Origin: an uncultured Acidimicrobiia bacterium
GTDB taxonomy: Bacteria > Actinomycetota > Acidimicrobiia > Spongiisociales > UBA11373
Reading direction: 5' to 3'
DNA length: 64,000 bases
Assembly: GCA_963796115.1 (NCBI GenBank)
Contig: CAWCKE010000005.1
Coordinates: 379,455-443,454, forward strand
The translations under genes were made by a program, and so were the position numbers. Each line of letters opens with the position of its first letter. The first letter of the stretch is position 1. The notes beneath the pieces are model-generated. The model saw nothing but the letters and a program-made list of their open reading frames with translations. It made no database searches and was not told where the DNA came from. Positions 40,181-53,449 of this stretch are shown piece after piece.

Positions 40181-41276
40181 ATGACACGGCACGAACCCAC
40201 CGACGTCATCAGCCGTCTCCACCCGGTCCGAGACCCGGGGCGGGCCGACCGCGCGGCCGGACTCCCGGGAGAGGACGAGGCCCCTCCCACCACCGGGGCC
40301 CGCCGGGAGCAGCCTGCCGATCCGTTTGCCGAGGGCATCCTCCTCGAGGCGGGCATCGCCCTCCTGCCGCGACCGGCTGCGGATCGAGAGCGATCGCCGG
40401 CGTTTTCGCGATCTCCTGGTCGGCTGGCGAGAGGAGCTGTCCGGCGCGGTGCGCGCCGGTGAACCGGCCCGGGCCGAGGCCTGGCTGCGGGCCCTGGTGA
40501 CCGACCCGGTGTACCCGACGGCCATGGGCGACCTGGTGGAGGAGGCCCTGGACGAGGTGTCGGTGCCCGAAGTGCTCGATGAGGTGGTCGTCCGCCTGGC
40601 CGCCGCGCCGGTGCCGGGGACCGGGTCCGGCCTGGTGGCGGCTTGGGGCGCCCGCATGGCCGCCCACCTGGTCCGGGGCGTGATCGCCGAGCATTCGCTC
40701 GTGAGCCGCCGTCACCTGACCGAGTTCCTCGCCTGGGTCGGCCGGGAGGACATCCGTCTCCTCGCTGCCTTCTGCCGCGATCCCCACTGGTTCGTGGTGC
40801 GCAACGTGGCCATCGCCCTGGGCCGCACCGGGCGGCTGCAGGCCGTTCCGGCCCTCGAGTCGATGCTCGGACATGCCGACCCCCGGGTGCGGGTCGAGGT
40901 CCTGCGCAGCCTGTGGACTCTCCGGGGTGATGGGTCCGTTCCTGTGCTGACGGCGGCGATGGCCGACCCCGAGCCGCGGGTGCGGCATGCCGCATGCTCC
41001 TTGCTCCGGGCTTCGCCGGGGCCGCTGGTGGTGGCGGCGATCGCCGGGGTCCTCGAATCGCGCGGCGCGGCGGTGTCGGAGGTCCCGCGGCTGGTGGGGT
41101 TGATCGCCGAGCGGACCGAGGCGACCGTGCCGAGGACCTTGGCCCATCTGGCCGAGCTCCACGGCATGGGGGCCGTGGCCCGTGCCGTGCGCCGCGCCGC
41201 CCGGGCGGCGCTCAAGCAGAGGGCCCCCGGGACCGACGTTGCGGCGGGGCCCGACGCCGCCGTCCCGGCCGGCTGA
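40181..41276 (+). CDS. HEAT-repeat (PBS-lyase type) protein, one indel near 40370
   Basis: ATG 40181 frame (MTRHEPTD...[15 protein letters not shown]) switches to ORF 40326..41276 frame; repeated [15 protein letters not shown] / [12 protein letters not shown] / [18 protein letters not shown]-like units. Confidence 0.55.
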
Positions 41277-41388
41277 CGGGCCTCCCTCCTGGCCGCATCC
41301 CCCTGGTCGCACGCTCGCGCAGCGGTGGGCACGCCGGCGGCGCGCCTCCATAGGCTCAGGTGCGGCCCACCGATATGATGGCCGCGCC

Positions 41389-44025
<2,637 letters not shown>

Positions 44026-44060
44026 GGGGAGGCTGCGGCGAGAGCCGCGAGGGTCCCCCG
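44026..44060 (+). terminator. GC-rich compound stem-loop immediately after secA stop
   Basis: GGGGGAGGCTGCGGCGAGAGCCGCGAGGGTCCCCC read directly; no U-tract (common in high-GC actinobacteria). Confidence 0.35.
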
Positions 44061-44173
44061 GGAACCTCGAGCGAGCCTGCTTCCGTCTGACCGTTTGGGA
44101 GCCTCAGGTTCTTTCGTCGGGTGAGGATGGCCCGGGGATCGGGGCTGGATCGGCCGAGCGGCAGGAGTGCGCC

Positions 44174-45476
44174 ATGGCGATGATGCGTGAGAACCGTTGG
44201 CTCTTCGTGGTACTCGGGACGGCCCTGCTGGTGGCCGCGTGCGGCGGCGAGCCCGCGGCGACGTCATCGACGGCCCCCGGCAACTCGACTTCCACTTCCG
44301 GCCCGACTGCCACTCCGGGGGTCCTTGCCGTCAGCGAGGGAGTGGTGCGGTCGGAGCCGGCGGCAGCAGCCCCGGTGGCCGAGCTGGCGGCGGGCTTCAA
44401 CGAAGCCGGGTTCGCCCTGTGGCGGACCCAATCGGCGGACGGCAACCTGGTGTTCAGCCCGGCCAGCATCGGCCACGCGCTGCTGATGGCCCGGGCCGCC
44501 GCCGACGAGGCGACCGGGGCCGCCATCGACCTGGCGCTCTCCCTGCCCACCGGCGCCGCTGCCCACCAGGCCTGGAACGCGATCGACCAGGACATCGCCC
44601 GGGTGACGGGGCAAATGGACGATCTGACGGTGGCCATCGCCGACCGCATCTGGCCCCGCCTGGACGTGCGGCCCGATCAGGCGTGGGTGGACCTGCTCGC
44701 CGCCGAGCACGGGGTCACCACCCAGCCCCTGGACTTGGCCGGCGACCCCGAGGGCAGCCGGGATGTCATCAACGCCTGGGTGGGCGAGCAGACACAGGGG
44801 TTGATCCCCGAGCTGCTGCCGCAGGGGTTCATCGATGCCAGCACGGTGCTGGTGCTCACCGATGCCCTCTACTTCAAGGCGCGCTGGGAGAGGATCTTCG
44901 GCAAGTACGAACCGGTGATGGGCACCTTCACCCGTCTCGACGGCTCCACCCTCGAGGTCGAGTTCATGCGAGAGCTGGAGCTGGCCGACCGGCGAGGGCG
45001 CGGTGACGGCTTCGTCGCCGCCGAGATCCCCTATGTGGGAGGCGCCTTCTCGATGCTGCTCATAGTGCCCGACGAGGGCCGGTTCGCCGAGGTGCGCGAA
45101 CGCCTCGGTCAGGATTTGCTCGACGAGATCGACGCCAGCTTCACCACCGGTCCCTTCGAGCTGCTCATGCCCGGCTGGTCCGACAAGACCCAGCTCGACC
45201 TGATGGGTTGGCTCACCGAGATCGGCGCAGCGCCCGGCCTCTACCCGGGCATCACCCCCGAGGCCTTCCTGGACGCGGCGGTGCATGCCGCCGACATCAC
45301 CGTGGACGAGTGGGGCACCGTGGCCGCCGCGGCCACTGGCTTCGGCTTCGCCGAGAGCGGGCCGCCCGAGCCCGAGCTGACCGTGGCCGCCGACAAGCCG
45401 TTCCTGTACCTCATCCGCCACCGTGTCGAGCGGGCTGGTGCTCTTCGCCGGCCAGGTGGTGGATCCGACGGCCTGA
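44174..45476 (+). CDS. Serpin-family lipoprotein; indel near 45420 alters the last ~17 codons
   Basis: MAMMRENRWLFVVLGTALLVAACGG lipobox; serpin core; as sequenced ends ...PFLYLIRHRVERAGALRR..., but the -1 frame gives the canonical serpin C-terminus VSSGLVLFAGQVVDPTA* ending at 45476. Confidence 0.75.
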
Positions 45477-45518
45477 CGAGAGGCGTCGAGGCCGTCGGCG
45501 GGCACGGCTGAAGGCGCT

Positions 45519-46700
45519 TCACTCGGCGCTCTGCGGGTAGGGCTGGTGTTCGTGGGCGATCCGGTGGTGTCTTCGACAGAGCAGCCGCAGGTTGGCGAGT
45601 GCGGTCGGGCCTCCGTCGGCCCAGTGGGTGATGTGGTGGGCATCGCACCAGTGGGCGGGGGTGTCGCAGCCCGGGTGGGTGCAGCCCCGGTCGCGGTGGT
45701 TGAGGGCCCGGCGTAGGGAGGCGGGGACTACCCGGGTGCGCCGGCCGGCGGCGATGGGCTGGCCGTGGCGGGTGACGATCGGGGTGATGGCGGCGTCGCA
45801 GGCCAGGCGGCGCACCGCGTCGAGGGTGACCGGGCCGCAGTCCAGGTCGACTGAGGCCGTCGGCGGCGAGCTGGTCGACGCTGACGGTGACGGTGAGGTG
45901 GGGGCGTTCCCCGCCCACCTGGGGCCGGTCGGAGGAGTCGAGGTGGCGGCGGCAGATCTCCACCAGGGCGTCGGCCCGGCGCTGCTGGGGGCTGCGGCCA
46001 TCGTCGGGGTCCAGGACGGCCGGGTAGGCGAGGGAGCCGACCGCGGCCATGACCAGCGCCCCCGATTCGGGGTCCAGGTCACCGTCCAGGCGCACCATGC
46101 CCGCCCAGGTGGAGGAGAGGTGCAGGCGGCGCCGGGCGAACGCCTGCTCCGCGTCGGCCCGGGCGCCGTCCGGGTCGGCCAGTCGGCGCCAATGGGCCAG
46201 CGCCAGGGGGAACACCCGGGCCGACAGGCGGCGGGCCTGAGCGACCAGCAGGGCCTCATCCCGGGCGAACGATGCCGGAGAGGAGTCCCGGGCGGCGGCC
46301 AGTAGCCGCACCCTCGGCTCGGACAGCTCCCCAGTCGGCGAACACCTCCCGGGTGAGGGGCATCGAGCGCAGCGCCCGGGCTACGCCCACCCGGCTGCGG
46401 CACACCGGCGCCGGATCCCCGGTCCGGGCCATCAGCCAGCCGGTAGCCGAACCGAACCCCTCAACCGCCGGGATGCCCCGCTGTTCGATCCTCCCCAGCA
46501 GTGCCGCCGACCGGGCCTCCAGACAGGCCACCCGGTGGCGCACCTCCAGAAACTCCTCCACCAGGCCAACATCCGACAGCAGATCCAGCCGCGTCGGCTC
46601 GTCATCGGTGGACCGGACCGTGTATCGAGCAGGGCTCCCGCAGTCACACCTCACCGTATCAAGCCGGTACGACACGTTCGGATCGGCGCGCCGAACCAGT
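45519..46700 (-). pseudogene. DUF222 / HNH endonuclease (REP13E12-like) protein, broken into three frames
   Basis: N-terminal DUF222 pieces in ORF 46256..46954 (GFGSATGWLMARTGDPAPVCRSRVGVARAL) and 45241..46311 (RLLAAARDSSPASFARDEAL...), C-terminal HNH (HWCDAHHITHWADGGPTALANLRLLCRRHH) in ORF 45519..46403. Confidence 0.65.
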
Positions 46701-46843
46701 GCGGAGCCCCTCAGCACGCCGCCGGGAGGCGCTGCCCGTGCCGACGGTGTCGTTTGCTCTCTGCTGCAGAAAGGGTGCTGCCGGGCCCTTCCCGGGCCAT
46801 TGCGAGGAGTACCTTGGCCGGGTATCGGGGGGAGGAGGAGACC

Positions 46844-47285
46844 CGTGAAGATCCAGAGGTCGATCGATACGGCGGCGTCCCCGCAGAGGGTGTGGCCGTT
46901 GCTGGTGCAGCCGGGGGAGATCCTCAAATGGTTCACCCTGCTGGAGAGCTTCAACTACACCAGTGAGCCACCCTACGGTCCGGGGTCGACCTTCCACTAT
47001 GACGAGCGCTCCGGGGGCCGCCTCATGAAGTGCGACTACCGGGTGACCGACTGGCTGGAGAACCAGCGGTTCGCCTTCACCCTGGTTTCCGGGCCGATGC
47101 CGAAGGATGACCAGGTGTGGAGGATCGAGGCTCTTCCGGTGGGCAGCCGGGTCACCCTGGAGGAGGACTTGCTGCTGCCCGGCGGGGTGTTCGGCCGGAT
47201 GCTGCTGGCTCTCGGGGTGGGCAGGACGATCGGCAAGCACCTGGAGGAGATGCTCATCGACCTCAAGAGGCTCGCCGAAGCCTGA
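46844..47285 (+). CDS. SRPBCC (START/Bet v1-like, polyketide cyclase/dehydrase family) protein
   Basis: GTG 46844 with GGAGGAG SD; VKIQRSIDTAASPQRVWPLLVQPGEILKWF... Confidence 0.65.
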
Positions 47286-47345
47286 TTGCGGCGGGCCGCA
47301 GACCGTCCCGGTAAGCGCTTTCTCGCTAGGATCGGGGCGGCCCTC

Positions 47346-47816
47346 ATGGCCCATTCCCGGACCCGCACCCTCGCCTGGCCGCCGCCGGCAGTCTTCGAGG
47401 CGACGCTGGTGGCAGCCTCTCGCCTCGGTTTCGCTGTCTCCCAGGCTGACCAACAGGGCGGGCGCCTGTACCTGGACGGACCCCGCCGGCTCGCCCGTTT
47501 CCCCGTCCGCTACACAGTGTCGGTAACCGACAGCGGCCTGGGCGGAACCGCGGTCCACATCGCCTGGCAACCCGCCAGCGCGTGCTGCCTTGGCCCCTTC
47601 CCTCCGGGGCCGGCGGCGCCGCCCGCCTCCACCGGGGCATCCACCAGACTCTGGGCGGCGGGCGATCACGCTGACCGCCGCCGGCCGGGCCCCGGGCGGC
47701 CCCGGCCTCGCCTGACCCTGGATACGCGTTCAGCTCGTCAAGGCCTCATTCCCATTTACGGGGTTGTGGCTCGTGCAGAACAGCCCGGCGCGACGTGTCC
47801 CGAGCCATGGGAGTGA
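47346..47816 (+). CDS. Hypothetical protein (first ~85 aa look domain-like; remainder Pro/Gly/Arg-rich); may be N-terminal part of the downstream M23 gene
   Basis: MAHSRTRTLAWPPPAVFEATLVAASRLGFAVSQADQQGGRLYLDGPRRLARFPVRYTVSVTDSGLGGTAVHIAWQPAS. Confidence 0.3.
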   Translation: MAHSRTRTLAWPPPAVFEATLVAASRLGFAVSQADQQGGRLYLDGPRRLARFPVRYTVSVTDSGLGGTAVHIAWQPASACCLGPFPPGPAAPPASTGASTRLWAAGDHADRRRPGPGRPRPRLTLDTRSARQGLIPIYGVVARAEQPGATCPEPWE

Positions 47817-48372
47817 GCTCTTCGGCGAACGGTACGCGATCGACTTCGTCGGAGTCGACGATCGTCACCACAGTGCAACGATCAGAGACTGGCGAACGCT
47901 CCTTTCCTCGGAGCCTCCAGACCGCTTCGTCGGGTTCGGTCGGCGCATCCTGGCCCCGGTCCCGCGGCGTCGTTGCGGCGGTGCACGATGGCGAGTCCGA
48001 CCACCCCGCCCGGCGGTCACAGTTGGCGCTCATTCGGTACACGTTCGGCCAGGCATCCCGCATGCGCCAAGGCCTCGGAGCAATCGCAGGCAACCATGTC
48101 ATCATCTCGCAGGCCCGGGGATCACACGTCGCCTTGGTCCATCTCAAGGCAGGTTCGATTCGCGTCTCTGTGGGCCAAGAGGTGGCCGAGGGAGAACACC
48201 TTGCCGATTGCGGCAACTCGGGGAACTCGACTGCGCCGCCTCAGCACCCCACACCTCCCCGCGAGACGACCGGCGGCGCTTCCCCCGGGACCGCCTATGT
48301 CCTGGACGGCCGGGCGTTCGCCCAGAGCCCTCCTTCCTCCCGGGGTTCGCTTCCTGCCGGGCACTAACCTGA
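47764..48372 (+). pseudogene. M23-family metallopeptidase, reading frame broken at least twice
   Basis: The ORF 47795..48367 frame carries GNHVIISQARGSHVALVHLKAGSIRVSVGQEVAEGEHLADCGNSGNSTAP..., which is the M23 core up to the expected HLHF motif and is then lost. The N-terminal part, in ORF 47764..48372, is in a different frame. Confidence 0.5.
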
Positions 48373-48379
48373 GGGCACG

Positions 48380-49499
48380 ATGAACCAGGACCCACGCGCC
48401 GCCATCAAGGAGTTGCGCACCCGCCTCCACGACGCCCGGAGGTTCCTTTGACGTCGACGCGAAGGCCGCCGGCCTCGCGGCGCTGAGGGCGCGCGCCGCC
48501 GAACCGAACCTCTGGCAGGATCCCGACCGGGCCCGGCAGGTGACCCGTCGCCTGGCCCGTGACGAGTCCATCGTCGGCCGGGACCAGCGTCTGACGACGG
48601 CCATCGACGACGCGGAGACCCTGCTGGGCCTGGCCGAGGAAGAGGGCGATGCCCAGGCCGCCGCCGACGCCGCCGCCGAGCTGGCGGGGATCGAAGAAGA
48701 GCTGGCGGACCTGGAGCAGGAGAGCCTCTACTTCGGCGAGTACGACGACCGGGCGGCCATCTTCAGCGTGCACGCCGGGGCCGGCGGGGTGGACGCCGCC
48801 GACTGGGCCGACATGCTGCTGCGCATGTACTTGCGTTTCCTGGAGCGGCGCGGCTTCCAGGTGGAGGTGGACGAGGTCCTGGAGGCCGAGGAAGCCGGCA
48901 TCCGCTCGGCCACCCTCACGGTCCGCGGCGAGCACGCGTACGGCATCCTCTTGGGGGAGAAGGGCGTCCATCGGCTGGTGCGCATCAGCCCCTTCGACTC
49001 CAATGCCCGCCGCCACACCTCTTTCGCCGGTGTGGACGTGCTCCCCGAGGTGGAGATGGCCGAGGTGGAGATCGACCCCGAGGACCTGCGCATCGAGACC
49101 TTCCGTTCCCAGGGGCACGGCGGCCAGTCGGTGAACACCACCGACTCGGCAGTGCGCATCACCCATCTGCCCACCGGGGTCGTGGCCGCTTGCCAGGCGG
49201 AGCGCTCGCAGATGCAGAATCGGGCGCGGGCAATGGCCCTGCTGGCCTCCCGGCTGGCCGAGCGGGCCCGGCAGGAGCACCAGGCCCAGATGGATGAGAT
49301 CCGCGGCGACCAGGGGGAAGCGGCCTGGGGCCGGCAGATCCGTTCCTACGTGCTGCAGCCCTACCAGATGGTCAAGGACCTGCGCACCGACGTCGAGGTG
49401 GGCAACGTGGAGGGGGTGCTCGACGGCGACCTGGACCGCTTCGTCGAGGGCTACCTGCACTGGCGGCGGGCCCGGGAGGAGCAGGCCCGGCGCGGCTGA
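48380..49499 (+). CDS. prfB: Peptide chain release factor 2 with programmed +1 ribosomal frameshift at CTT TGA C (48446-48452)
   Basis: Frame 0 reads MNQDPRAAIKELRTRLHDARRFL and then hits the in-frame TGA. An internal SD-like GGAGG lies upstream of CUU UGA C. The +1 frame continues DVDAKAAGLAALRARAAEPNLWQDPDRARQVTRRLA... and reaches the SPFDSNARRHTS and GGQ motifs (QGHGGQSVN). Confidence 0.9.
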
Positions 49500-49524
49500 C
49501 CCCACCCCCGCGCAGGGGGTGGAT
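49500..49524 (+). terminator. Stem-loop CCACCCCCGCGCAGGGGGTGG after prfB
   Basis: 8-bp perfect inverted repeat with 5-nt loop read directly; followed by A-rich not T-rich tract. Confidence 0.3.
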
Positions 49525-49618
49525 GCGCTTCGAAAAAACCTCCCACCGCTAACCTGCGGCGTGCGTCCGTGGCGGAGTGGGCGAGCGATGACACCGCGGG
49601 CGCCCACACCGCGAGAGG

Positions 49619-50347
49619 ATGGCCATGATCAGGCTTCAGGGCGTCACCAAGTTATATGAGGGCGGGGTGGTGGCCGCCCACGACGTCACCCTGGAGATCG
49701 CCAAGGGCGAGTTCGTCTTTCTGGTGGGCCCCTCCGGTTCGGGGAAGTCGACCCTGATCCGACTGCTCCTCCGCGAGGAGCTGCCCACGAGCGGTGACCT
49801 GTGGGTGGCCGGCAAGCACGTGAACAAGCTGGCCTCCTGGAAGGTGCCCCTGCTCCGCCGCTCGGTGGGCACCGTGTTCCAGGACTTCAAGCTGCTGCCC
49901 AACAAGACCGTCTACGAGAACGTGGCCTTCGCCCTCGAGGTCATCGGCCGTCCTCGCCACGTCATCCGCCAGCAAGTGCCCCAGGTGCTCCGCCTGGTCG
50001 GCCTGTCGGCCAAGGCCGACCGCATGCCCCGGCAGCTGTCCGGTGGGGAGCAGCAGCGAGTGTCCATCGCCCGGGCCTTCGTCAACCGGCCCTTGATCTT
50101 GTTCGCCGACGAGCCCACCGGGAACCTGGACCCGGGCACCTCGGTGGGGATCATGCGGCTGCTCGACCGCATCAACCGCACGGGGACCACCGTGGTCATG
50201 GCCACCCACGACCACGCCATCGTGGACGCCATGCGGCGCCGGGTGGTGGAGCTGGACCGGGGAGGGGTGGTGCGCGACGAGAGTCACGGCGGCTACCAGA
50301 TGGTTTCCCCTGTCCCGGATTCCTACGAAGAGGACGACGGGGAGTAA
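49619..50347 (+). CDS. ftsE: Cell division ATP-binding protein FtsE
   Basis: GPSGSGKST Walker [15 protein letters not shown] signature, [10 protein letters not shown] Walker B; follows prfB as in most bacteria. Confidence 0.9.
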   Translation: MAMIRLQGVTKLYEGGVVAAHDVTLEIAKGEFVFLVGPSGSGKSTLIRLLLREELPTSGDLWVAGKHVNKLASWKVPLLRRSVGTVFQDFKLLPNKTVYENVAFALEVIGRPRHVIRQQVPQVLRLVGLSAKADRMPRQLSGGEQQRVSIARAFVNRPLILFADEPTGNLDPGTSVGIMRLLDRINRTGTTVVMATHDHAIVDAMRRRVVELDRGGVVRDESHGGYQMVSPVPDSYEEDDGE

Positions 50348-50350
50348 GCG

Positions 50351-51232
50351 GTGCGCTTCCAGTACCTGTTCAGCCAGACGGTCCAGAGCATCCGGCGCAA
50401 CCCGCTGGTCGTGGCCAGCGCGGTGGTGGCGGTCCTGGTCACCCTGGTGCTGGTATTCGGCTCCATCGTCGTCCGCTGGTCCATCGACCAGGACATCGGC
50501 CGCTGGGACGACAACGTGCGGGTGATCGCCTGGCTCGGGGACGATCTCACCGTGGACCAGGTGACCGCCCTGCAGGCGGACATGCAGACATGGCCCGAGG
50601 TGGACGAGGTCGTCTACTTCTCCAAGTCCCAGGCGCTCGAGGAGTTCCGGGAGCTGTTCGCCGACCAGCCGGCGCTCATCGAGGTGGTCGAAGACGACCC
50701 GTCGGTGCTCCCCGCCTCGCTGCGCATAAAGCCGGTGGAGGCGGGCAGCTACGACGTGATCCAGAACCGGGTGGCGGTGATCCCCGGGGTGCAACAGGTG
50801 GCGGCGGCCGGGGCGGAGATCGACGCGCTGGTGGCCCGCTCCAACCGCATGAGCACGTTCGCGGTGGGGATCCTCATCGTGCTCGGGGCCTCCGCCCTCG
50901 TGCTGATCGCCAACACCATCCGCATGGCGGTGTACGCCCGGCGGGAGGAGATCGGGATCATGCGCCTGGTGGGCGCGAGCAACTGGTTCATCCGGGTGCC
51001 GTTCCTGCTCGAAGGCTTGTTCGAAGGAATCGCCGGCGCGGCCCTCGCCGCCCTGCTGGTCGGCCTGGGCCACAAGCCCATCGTGCAGCTGCTGAGTACC
51101 GTCACCGACCCCGATGCCATCGCGGTGCCCTTCCAGTTCCTGCTGCAGCAGTCGCTCCTGGTGCTGGCCTTCGGGGCTACCACCGGCCTGTTGGGCAGCG
51201 CCCTGGGCATGTGGGGCACCCTGCGCGACTGA
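50351..51232 (+). CDS. ftsX: Cell division permease FtsX
   Basis: VRFQYLFSQTVQSIRRNPLVV N-terminus, periplasmic loop, four TMs; stop overlaps smpB ATG (TGATG). Confidence 0.85.
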   Translation: MRFQYLFSQTVQSIRRNPLVVASAVVAVLVTLVLVFGSIVVRWSIDQDIGRWDDNVRVIAWLGDDLTVDQVTALQADMQTWPEVDEVVYFSKSQALEEFRELFADQPALIEVVEDDPSVLPASLRIKPVEAGSYDVIQNRVAVIPGVQQVAAAGAEIDALVARSNRMSTFAVGILIVLGASALVLIANTIRMAVYARREEIGIMRLVGASNWFIRVPFLLEGLFEGIAGAALAALLVGLGHKPIVQLLSTVTDPDAIAVPFQFLLQQSLLVLAFGATTGLLGSALGMWGTLRD

Positions 51233-51720
51233 TGCCCCGGCGCCCCTCCCCGGAGGCAGCCGGGATCAAGCTGATCGCCACCAACCGACGGGCGCGCCAC
51301 GACTACGACGTGGAGGAGACCTTTGAGGCCGGCCTGGCGCTGCTCGGCTCCGAGGTGAAGAGCCTGCGGGGTGGCCGGGCCGACCTCAAGGACGGCTACG
51401 GGGTGGTCGAGGGCTCCGAGGCCTGGCTGGTGGGGGTGCGCATCTCCCCATACCAGTTCGCCCGCGACGGGGGGCACGAACCCGAGCGCAGCCGCAAGCT
51501 GCTCCTGCACCGCGGCGAGATCGAGCGCATCCGGGGCAAGCTGGACCAGAAGGGCCTCACCATGATCCCTCTGCGCCTGTACTTCAAGGAGGGCAAGGCC
51601 AAGGTGGAGATGGGGCTGGCCAAGGGCAGAGCGCGCTACGACAAGCGCGAGACCATCAAGCGGCGCCAGGCCGAGCGCGACATGCAGCGGGCCATACGGC
51701 ACCGGAGCGATCGACTGAGC
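51232..51720 (+). CDS. smpB: SsrA-binding protein SmpB; 3' end uncertain (no in-frame stop until 51927)
   Basis: MPRRPSPEAAGIKLIATNRRARHDYDVEETFEAGLALLGSEVKSL...KRETIKRRQAERDMQRAIRHR; expected ~160 aa; the sequenced frame runs on into the tmRNA gene, another frame ends at 51720. Confidence 0.75.
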
Positions 51721-51903
51721 TGGGGCTGCCTGCCCGGCTTGAAGCCGGGCAGGCTCTACTGTCAGTGGAAGCCGCCCTCCGCTCGGCCGCCGGCGGGCGG
51801 CCTGCGCGCCTCGGCGGGCCCGAGCGGGCCGGGACGAGGCCAGGCGGGAATCGCCGCTGTGCGCCCCGCCGTTGTACAGTCTGTGGTGCGTTTCGCGCCT
51901 TCG

Positions 51904-52256
51904 GGGGTGAACTGGTTTCGACTCTGAGGGTTGAAGCGCCGGAAGCGAGCCGAGGTCCCCGGAGTCCTCGTTAAAGAGCCGGGACAAACAATGAGTGCCG
52001 AAGACAACTTCGCACTGGCCGCCTAGTTAGGTGACCCGTCCGCCCGGAGGGCTCCCCCCTCGCCGGTGTCGGGCGTCGCAATGGGGGATGCCCCCGCCGG
52101 GGTTCCGGGACCGGCGGGTCAAGCCCAACTCCGGATAGGGCGCAGGGATACGTGCCGGTAGCGTCCCGGCGCCCGAAACAAAGCTATCGGCTGCGCTCGG
52201 AGATGTCGGCGTGGAAGCTCAGAGGACCGGGGTTCGACTCCCCGCACCTCCACCGG
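51904..52256 (+). ncRNA. ssrA: tmRNA (ssrA)
   Basis: 5' GGGGGTGAACTGGTTTCGAC... tRNA-like acceptor/D region; tag reading frame ...GCC GAA GAC AAC TTC GCA CTG GCC GCC TAG (…AEDNFALAA*); 3' T-arm GGTTCGACTCCCC and acceptor GCACCTCCACC at 52228-52256. Confidence 0.85.
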
Positions 52257-52322
52257 AAGGACGGCCCCAGGGGCCGTCCTTCTGCGTTCGGGGCCAGGGC
52301 CGGCCGAGGGGCGCCAGGCCAC

Positions 52323-53331
52323 TCAGCCCTTCCGGGCCAGGTATGCCTCCAGCTCCGCCCCGATCTCCTCGCGCCGCCCCTCGTCGAGGAACGCCGCCGC
52401 GATGGCGTTGCGGGCCAGGGCGGCCAGGTCCTCCCGGCCGAGGCCGAGGGCCAGGTGGGTGGCGAGGAAGTTGTCGCCGATGTAGCCGCCGAAGTAGGCG
52501 GGATCGTCGGAGTTGATGGTCACCCGCACCCCCCGCCGCAGCAGCCGGGCCAGATTGTGCTGCCGCAGGTCGGGGAAGACCTGCAGCTTCATGTTGGAGA
52601 GTGGGCATACGGTGAGGGCGATCCCCGCCGCGGCCAGGCGCTCCACCAGGGCGTCGTCCTGCTCGCAGGCCACCCCGTGGTCGATGCGCTCCGCCCCGAG
52701 CAGGTCGAGGGAGTCCCGGATGTAGCCCGGGGGGCCCTCCTCGCCGGCGTGGGCGACCGCCCGCAGGCCGGCGGCCCGGGCCCGGGCGAAGGCGGTGACG
52801 AACTTCTGCGGCGGGTTCCCCCGCTCACCCGAATCGAGGCCTACCGCGACGATGTCGCCCAGGAACGGGCGGGCCTGCTCCAGGGTCTCCAGGGCACTTT
52901 CCTCCGGCAGATGGCGCAGGAAGCACATGATGAGCTGCGTGGTCAGCCCCAGCCGCTCGCGGGCGTCGGCGCGCGCCCGGGCGAAGCCCCCCATGAAGAC
53001 GGGGAAGCCGACGCCGCGCTCGGTGTGGGTTTGCGGGTCGAAGAACATCTCGGTGTGGCGGACGTTGTCGGCCGCGGCGCGCTCCAGGTAGGCCCACATG
53101 AGGTCGTAGAAGTCCTGCTCCGTCTGCAGGACGGCCGCTCCCTGGTAGTAGATGTCCAGGAACGACTGGAGGTCGGTGAACTCGTACGCGCGCCGTACCT
53201 CCTCGACCGAGGCGAAGGGCAGCGACAGCCCGTTGCGCTCGGCCAGGCGGAACATCATCTCCGGCTCCAGCGTGCCCTCGATGTGCAGGTGCAATTCCAC
53301 CTTGGGCAAGCCCCGGATGAACTCCTCCATG
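52323..53331 (-). CDS. add: Adenosine deaminase
   Basis: MEEFIRGLPKVELHLHIEG (HxH metal site), ...SDDP... ; start 53331 with GGAAGGG SD. Confidence 0.85.
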
Positions 53332-53449
53332 GGTTCCCTTCCGACGACCTGAGGAGAGCCTAACGAGGGGGCGGGCGGTGGGCCCGGGGGCGCCCCGGGC
53401 ACGCCGGGAGCCGGGGCGGGCCCCCCGGCCGTGCTGTAGCCTCCGCCGG

